Source: an uncultured archaeon
GTDB taxonomy: Archaea > Asgardarchaeota > Thorarchaeia > Thorarchaeales > Thorarchaeaceae
Assembly: GCA_964354495.1 (NCBI GenBank)
Contig: CAYHAA010000011.1
Coordinates: 1-32,000 of the forward strand
DNA: 32,000 nucleotides
Reading direction: 5' to 3'
The position numbers were made by a program, and so were the translations under genes. Position 1 is the first letter of the stretch. Each line of letters begins with the position of its first letter. This document shows positions 26,616 through 32,000 of this stretch, one piece after another. A model generated the notes under the pieces. The model was not told the origin of the DNA. It saw nothing but the letters and a program-made list of their open reading frames with translations, and made no database searches.

Positions 26616-26685
26616 AGTGGGACATTGTCCCATTTGTTAGTTCTTTATTGGGTGGTGGCAAACACCACCTATTCACTCTTTTTTG
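26616..26685. terminator. Two hairpins plus T tract between convergent genes
   Basis: TGGGAC-ATT-GTCCCA (26618-26632) and GGTGGTG-GCAAA-CACCACC (26651-26669), then a T run. Confidence 0.6.
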
Positions 26686-26803
26686 GTGTTCCCACAAAAT
26701 ATGCAATGGGATACAGGTGCATAGACACTAGCAATATCATTTTCACGATCGTGGCCATAGAATGTAATTGAAAGGCAGGAGAATGGGCTAGTATATGTCC
26801 TTC

Positions 26804-28132
26804 CTATTTGTTCAAGCGACTCCAAAGGCTTCTTGCAGATTCCCTCGAAATCCTAGCGACAGTGTCTTGAGAAGTCAGCTTCAGCCTGCTGTTCTCAACA
26901 GAATGGATTCCCCCGACAAAGACATCTCTCACATCGCTACCTCTGAATGTGTTCAATAGGTGTCCGATGACCGAGCCCTTGGTCAAAGGTGTTGGTACTC
27001 TGGAGCCATCCAAAATGACGATATCCGCCATTTTTCCGTTTTCCAGACTCCCTATCTTTTTGTCCATGCCATAGCAGCGAGCTCCATCAAGTGTTGCCAT
27101 TCTGAAGATCTGCTCTGGTCCTATTGCACTTGGATTGCCACTCGCGAGTCTATGAACCGTGAGTGCACATCGCATGTTTTCAAATGGGTCATAGATCCAC
27201 CCATCATTGCCGAGTCCTACAGTGATGCCACGTTTCAACATTGACGGGACCGGCGACACTCCCACTGCATTCAGCATATTGCTCATTGGATTATGAGCTA
27301 CTGATGATTTTGATTCAGCAATCAAATCCATCTCATGGTCATTGACATGGACACAATGGGCGAGAACAGTCTTGGGACCAAGAACGCCGAGTCTGCTCAG
27401 TCTTTCTACTGTACGCTCTCCAGAGTGCTCAAGATTATGGTAGAGGTCGACGAGACCCTCTGAAGTGTGAACAGTGATTGGCACGTTCAGTCTCTTTGCT
27501 TCATTGACAGTCTTGGTTACAATCTCGTCACCGACAGTGAATGATGCATGAATGCTCATCATTCCTGAGATCAGGTCATCCTTCTTGAGTGACCTAATGA
27601 ACTGGGCTCCTTCCCTGAGCCCTCGCTCAGCCTCTTCCTGATTGTGCCTCTCAGTCATTTCGAAGGCAACTATCCCCCGGATGCCCACTTCTCTCGTGCC
27701 CCGAGCAATTGCATCAAGACTTCCCTCGATGGAGTTTGGTCCAGAAAAAGTATCTGCATAGAGAGTAGAGCCACCAAGAAGCATGTCGGCAGATGCTGAG
27801 AGAGCACTGGCATAGGCATCATCCACTGTCAAAGCCTCATCGACTGGCCACCATACGCGTTGGAGAACCTGTGTAAAGTCAGTCGGTGGCTCGATGTTTA
27901 GAGATGCGCCTCGCAAGAGAATTCCGTATAGATGTGTGTGAGCTGTGATCAGACCAGGAATGACTACACAGCCCGAAGCATCGATCACTGTATCTGCTTT
28001 CGTTGAGGAGCCACCAGGACCTATGGACGTGATTACTCCGTTTGAAACGCTGACATGACCCTTCTCGTAGACCGTTCCCCGTTCGTTTCCTGTCACAATG
28101 AGTCCGTTTTTAATGGTCAGGTCTTCACTCAT
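26804..28132 (-). CDS. Amidohydrolase family deaminase (SsnA / MTA-SAH deaminase-like)
   Basis: PGLITAHTHLY, SIHASFTV, VHTSEG, LAHCVHV, HNPMSN, GLGNDG, GSLENGKMADIV. Confidence 0.88.
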   Translation of the reverse strand: MSEDLTIKNGLIVTGNERGTVYEKGHVSVSNGVITSIGPGGSSTKADTVIDASGCVVIPGLITAHTHLYGILLRGASLNIEPPTDFTQVLQRVWWPVDEALTVDDAYASALSASADMLLGGSTLYADTFSGPNSIEGSLDAIARGTREVGIRGIVAFEMTERHNQEEAERGLREGAQFIRSLKKDDLISGMMSIHASFTVGDEIVTKTVNEAKRLNVPITVHTSEGLVDLYHNLEHSGERTVERLSRLGVLGPKTVLAHCVHVNDHEMDLIAESKSSVAHNPMSNMLNAVGVSPVPSMLKRGITVGLGNDGWIYDPFENMRCALTVHRLASGNPSAIGPEQIFRMATLDGARCYGMDKKIGSLENGKMADIVILDGSRVPTPLTKGSVIGHLLNTFRGSDVRDVFVGGIHSVENSRLKLTSQDTVARISRESARSLWSRLNK

Positions 28133-28191
28133 CGGTATAGCTCCTTCATATCATACGATGATGCTTTACTCATTAGTCTTGTGTGAGGTCT

Positions 28192-29682
28192 TCAGAGCTC
28201 AATATCCACATAACTCACGGAACCCTTGCCTGAACGGTAGACAATGCCTTGCTGCTCAAGTTCGTTGAGAGCCTTTTCAAAATCCTCCTCCGTGAGCCCT
28301 GCTTCAATACACTTGGTCGATAGGAGACTGATAGGCACATCCTTCCCCACATCTTCTGCGACCTTTTGCATGACCAGTATGAATCTGCTGGCTGCTGGAA
28401 TCGTGGGATCCAGCAGAAGTGGTTCTTCCTCTTTCATGACCTGGGGCTCAGTCGCTACGCTCTTCTTTGCATTAAGTAACGCTGAGAGCAGTGAGGATTT
28501 CTCTTCATTCTCAAACGCAGACGGTTTCCCAATGGCGAAATCAGCAAGGCTGACACCCTCAGGAGTTTCAGCTGCTGCAATCTGATCCGCGCCTTCATCA
28601 TCTGGCGAAACCCTCTCCATTATCTCCGACATGGGATCTGTCTGTTTGCGTTCAATACCAAGCCATTTGACATCGATGTCTTTGTTCGCCTGTGCTGCTT
28701 TCAGCAACTGAGTGCGGAACCGTTTCTCAAGCTTCTTTCTCTGTTCCTTGATCGTCACATCTTCACATGCAACGTTCCCCAGTTGAAGGAGCGCCCTCTC
28801 AGCCTGTGCTCTCACACGTGTGTGGCTTTCGGCCATGAGATGACTGAGAACTGTAAAGAGAGGAGCCAATCTCGAAGTCTCGACTCTAATGTTCTCTAGG
28901 AGGGCCTGCTTCACCTGCCACTTGGTGTCAGCCACCAGCTCCATGACCAGTCCAGATGAAGACTTGATTCCAAGTGCGGCGATTGCACTAGCGATATCTA
29001 CTCTCTCTTGCCACGTGCTCTTACGGATGAAGACTTGCAGGTGGCTCTGGGTCTGATGGTCCACGATTCCACAGATGTAGGGGAGGAGATCTCTACGTTC
29101 TTTGGCTGCTTTGCTGCCCAGCAGACCGATTATGCTCCTCTTCTCACTCTCGGGGAACATACTCAGAGTTGGGACAGCTCCCAATGAGATACCGCCTATA
29201 TTGTCACGAATCTGCTTAATGATCCAGCTCTTCCCAAGGGCGCCCAGATGAATCATAAGCTCGAAGACTGCCGGTTGATGTTCTCTTCCGAGTTCCTCCA
29301 GGTTCTTGATCCAGTTCTTCTGTTCATGACTCGAGGCGGGCCCTCCAGTCTGGCTGAACATCTCCTGGATACCTTGCAGGGTCTGCTCTCGTTCTGCTGG
29401 ATTCAGGTAATTTAGGGCGGCAAAATACTCTCCCAGATATTTGCCGTACGCATTCTTGCCCGCAACCGTGAAAGCAGCCTGCTTGATATTGCGGTCCTTA
29501 GAATTCAGCAGTTCCAGTGCTTTCGGAAGAAGTAGACGGCCCGTCGATATAGATGCTAGTCGACCTACACTATCGTACATAGTGCCCATGTTGGGAGAGT
29601 CAATGTCCCACGCAATCTTGCGTAGGTTCTGCAGAGCTGTGGCCTCTTGACTCTGAATATTGACAGGTTGCGCCTTGCTCAT
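28192..29682 (-). CDS. HEAT-repeat protein with an acidic linker and a C-terminal winged helix
   Basis: HEAT-like DRNIKQAAFTVAG, WQERVDIASAIAALG, KWQVKQALLENI, HTRVRAQAERALLQLG; C-terminal GLTEEDFEKALNELEQQGIVYRSGKGSVSYV. Confidence 0.7.
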   Translation of the reverse strand: MSKAQPVNIQSQEATALQNLRKIAWDIDSPNMGTMYDSVGRLASISTGRLLLPKALELLNSKDRNIKQAAFTVAGKNAYGKYLGEYFAALNYLNPAEREQTLQGIQEMFSQTGGPASSHEQKNWIKNLEELGREHQPAVFELMIHLGALGKSWIIKQIRDNIGGISLGAVPTLSMFPESEKRSIIGLLGSKAAKERRDLLPYICGIVDHQTQSHLQVFIRKSTWQERVDIASAIAALGIKSSSGLVMELVADTKWQVKQALLENIRVETSRLAPLFTVLSHLMAESHTRVRAQAERALLQLGNVACEDVTIKEQRKKLEKRFRTQLLKAAQANKDIDVKWLGIERKQTDPMSEIMERVSPDDEGADQIAAAETPEGVSLADFAIGKPSAFENEEKSSLLSALLNAKKSVATEPQVMKEEEPLLLDPTIPAASRFILVMQKVAEDVGKDVPISLLSTKCIEAGLTEEDFEKALNELEQQGIVYRSGKGSVSYVDIEL

Positions 29683-30554
29683 TTGCTCTGCCGCCTCCCG
29701 CTCTTCTTCGTTGGCTTACCAGTCGTTCTTCTTTGAGTTTCGCTATTTGGCTGTTCAAGGAATTCCATGAGAGGTGTTACGACTTCAACCTCTCTCCGTT
29801 TCTTGGCTGGACTCTCCTTCTCTCCCTCAATCTCCTGAACCACCTCTCCATTGAGCGTTGTCTGCTCAGTCGGAGCTGGCGGCTGAATCCTCGTACTCTG
29901 GTCTACCTCGATCTCCACCAGTTGGAGCTCATACGCCTCGATGATTGCTGGCACTCTGGGGTCGTCTGCCTTCAGTTTAGTATCCATAATCATCTGTTCA
30001 CGGAGAAAACGACTTCCTAATACTGACTCCTCAAGTTTCGATACGTCCAGCTTTCCTCTGCTGAGCTTCGGCCTAGCCTTCTTGAAGATCTCCCATTGAG
30101 CTTCCTCTACTCTTGAAACCAAGAAGGCGAAGTCATCGCGTCTGAGTGATGTGGGCATCAAATAGCGAAGGTCCCCTTTTGCAATGAGCCCGTCGGCTGT
30201 GTCAAGGCACATGTTCCGGACCCTTCTTCTGCCTGCATTCCAACTTGCTTCGCTGGTCATCGCAGTCACGACATCTGGCGTAGATATCTCCGATATCAGA
30301 CCAAAAGAGAGAATGTCAAGGGCTCCAAACACTGCCTCTCTAAGTAGGAGAAGGGTCTCTGCGACATCCTGCTCTGGGTTCTCCTTGTTCCAGTAGGTCT
30401 GAATATCCTTGTACATTCGATGCCAAGGATTCTCTTCTCGGTCCCTGTAGTATCCCTTCATTAGTTCTGCTACCGCGTTCATGTCACCTCGCCTGCTCAG
30501 ATCACAGACTCTCTGAACATAGGCCAAGTGTGTTATTCCTTTGCTGCGGCGCAT
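29679..30554 (-). CDS. Hypothetical helical protein with a charged, probably disordered C-terminal tail
   Basis: Long ORF with protein-like composition and an ATGA overlap with the HEAT gene. Start is ATG 30554 or TTG 30527. Confidence 0.7.
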   Translation of the reverse strand: MRRSKGITHLAYVQRVCDLSRRGDMNAVAELMKGYYRDREENPWHRMYKDIQTYWNKENPEQDVAETLLLLREAVFGALDILSFGLISEISTPDVVTAMTSEASWNAGRRRVRNMCLDTADGLIAKGDLRYLMPTSLRRDDFAFLVSRVEEAQWEIFKKARPKLSRGKLDVSKLEESVLGSRFLREQMIMDTKLKADDPRVPAIIEAYELQLVEIEVDQSTRIQPPAPTEQTTLNGEVVQEIEGEKESPAKKRREVEVVTPLMEFLEQPNSETQRRTTGKPTKKSGRRQSK

Positions 30555-30647
30555 TGTGCTCAGGGACTGCAGCCTCCCGACTCAATCACACGAGAAGAGG
30601 GCTATTTGCCTTTTGTGTTGTTGTATTAGCAGCAGGTCTGATAGACG

Positions 30648-30687
30648 AAAAAAAGGAAAGAGGAGATGCTGATTGCGACAGCATCTC
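30648..30687 (-). terminator. Hairpin plus T tract downstream of the right-edge surface protein gene
   Basis: GAGATGCTG-7 nt-CAGCATCTC (30663-30687); A7 at 30648-30654 reads T7 on the minus strand. Confidence 0.7.
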
Positions 30688-30694
30688 TAATGGA

Positions 30695-32000
30695 TTACTT
30701 GCTCTTCTTCTTCATCACAATGACGATGACTACAATGACTGCAGCAATACCACCGACAATCGCGGCGATCAGCAATGGGTCAATGCCAAACGGCCCTGGT
30801 GCAATGTACTCTGTCACGTTCAGAACTACTAGATCCGAAGCGCTATAGCCAAGTCTATCATAGACAGTGAGCTGGTACTCTGTGCTGGATGCATTCAAGC
30901 CATCTACATTGACTGTGATGTTGCCACCGCTCCAGTGTGTAGCGGCTAGTGGAGTACCATTGACACTCAAGACATACTCCCATGCACCAGCTGCTGTAGT
31001 TGGGGCCCATGTAATCTCGTTTCCAGTTTCTGTTTCCATGTAGATGACGTCAGCTGGATGATCGATGGTAGGTCGAGCGTAGTATACGAACGCGATTTCG
31101 TTCTCCCACAGCTCCCAGTTGTCCGCGTAGGTCGAGTCATCGAGGTCTCCATCGAACTCATCTATTAGGTATGCATTGTAAAGTGTTCTCCCATTATTCG
31201 ATAGCACAATGGTTGCATTACCGGCCGCTGGATTTGTTGTCCATCCAGCAAGAGCTGCCCCCTCCATGACTGTGACTAGGTCTCCTTCGTCACCATAGTC
31301 CCCGGTAGGCGTGAAGTTGTTCGCAGAGTAGGAGGCCGGCAGGTTGAATATGCCATGAGCTGGGCTCCAGATGTGCATTGGAGATGAGTCTGGTGCGTCA
31401 AGTGCGAATTCAAACCCAAGGGACACCCACAGCGGGCTTGCTGGGTAGTTATCGACTTGGAAGCCGCTCATGATGAACTTGCCTCCGCCATCAACATAAT
31501 CCGCGAAATCCTGATAGTAGCTGCCTATACTGAACCATGGATTGTCAACAATCACCATGGCCCATGTGCCAGCATACAGAGAGAGATTCAGGTAGCTAGC
31601 GTCGCTGGTAATGTAATACTTGATACCCAAGTCATTTAGCGCCTTCGCGACGGGTGTTACAAGACTACTGTAACTATTGGGCTCATCAGTGTAGACCAAG
31701 ACATCTGCAGTCCCTGATGATAGCCAATTGATAACATTCACTGCAAAAATCCTGTTGTCATCATTATCGATGTTGTTATGGTCTAGGAAATTGATGTCGC
31801 CTGAAACAATGACTCTACCGTAACCAACTTCAGAACCAGCGACTGCGATATTAGGTCCTTGCCTGATTACTGAGTACGCAGCTCCTGTGATATTGATCCA
31901 CTCGCCACCCGCGATGTAGATGTCGCTGATGCTCTCAAGAACGGGATGGTTGTCGAGATCTGTCGCTGTGAATGTACCCATTGGATCGTAATCACCTGTG
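30695..32000 (-). CDS. Partial (5'-truncated) surface protein: DUF4350/class I GATase-like modules, Ig-like repeat, C-terminal TM anchor
   Basis: The frame stays open from ATG 31981 to the window edge (TGDYDPMG...). Contains GYGRVIVSGDINFL...DNRIFAVNVINWL, Ig-like PTIDHPAD...EYQLTVYD...VVLNV, and a TM helix plus KKKSK. Confidence 0.8.
   Translation of the reverse strand, partial: TGDYDPMGTFTATDLDNHPVLESISDIYIAGGEWINITGAAYSVIRQGPNIAVAGSEVGYGRVIVSGDINFLDHNNIDNDDNRIFAVNVINWLSSGTADVLVYTDEPNSYSSLVTPVAKALNDLGIKYYITSDASYLNLSLYAGTWAMVIVDNPWFSIGSYYQDFADYVDGGGKFIMSGFQVDNYPASPLWVSLGFEFALDAPDSSPMHIWSPAHGIFNLPASYSANNFTPTGDYGDEGDLVTVMEGAALAGWTTNPAAGNATIVLSNNGRTLYNAYLIDEFDGDLDDSTYADNWELWENEIAFVYYARPTIDHPADVIYMETETGNEITWAPTTAAGAWEYVLSVNGTPLAATHWSGGNITVNVDGLNASSTEYQLTVYDRLGYSASDLVVLNVTEYIAPGPFGIDPLLIAAIVGGIAAVIVVIVIVMKKKSK

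Noticed and set aside
26804-28132. Selenoprotein/SECIS signal, prompted by the SsnA-like gene and known Asgard Sec usage
   Set aside because: No in-frame TGA interrupts any recognisable protein in the window. The nearby hairpins are short and better explained as terminators.
11930-28132. A deaminase/amidohydrolase catabolic island (ade, desulfhydrase, DDAH, two amidohydrolases)
   Set aside because: The genes are dispersed, on different strands and interleaved with unrelated genes; this is ordinary heterotrophic metabolism.
142-31639. Numerous short overlapping or antisense ORFs in the track (for example 10990-11418, 15197-15607, 19295-19882)
   Set aside because: They are shadows of longer, motif-supported genes and lack RBSs or recognisable domains.
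1-32000. CRISPR arrays, IS elements, integrases, rRNA or tRNA genes
   Set aside because: No regularly spaced repeats, terminal inverted repeats with a transposase, or RNA-gene signatures were found by eye.

Overview
Gene-dense archaeal chromosomal window, most consistent with an Asgard archaeon, probably Thorarchaeia. This is inferred from a stand-alone gelsolin-domain gene, 24-aa IDLxPL-type LRR proteins, C-terminally anchored surface glycoproteins, cofE and GGTGA/GAGG ribosome-binding sites; it was not confirmed by a search. About 28 CDS are present, two of them truncated by the window edges. No rRNA, tRNA, CRISPR array or transposase was recognised. Recognisable genes: PadR plus a HAAS-domain membrane protein, YbjN-like protein, bPH_2 protein, two LRR proteins, cofE with an ECF S component, SPL-like radical SAM protein, adenine deaminase, VIT1/CCC1 transporter, D-cysteine desulfhydrase-family enzyme, MoxR AAA+ with a VWA partner, PNPOx-like protein, gelsolin domain, DDAH-family amidinotransferase, two amidohydrolases and four surface proteins. 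The most unusual signals are: (1) a translationally coupled pair of membrane proteins sharing a zinc-ribbon plus B-box cassette in opposite domain order; (2) a VWA protein whose N-terminus resembles the AAA lid of its partner ATPase; (3) a possible pseudoknot/switch RNA in an LRR gene leader; (4) tandem surface-protein paralogs with patches of DNA identity; (5) a HEAT-repeat protein with an MCM-C-like winged helix; (6) an ECF S component overlapping cofE; (7) a Psp-like envelope-stress neighbourhood at the left end. All family calls come from motif recognition by eye.
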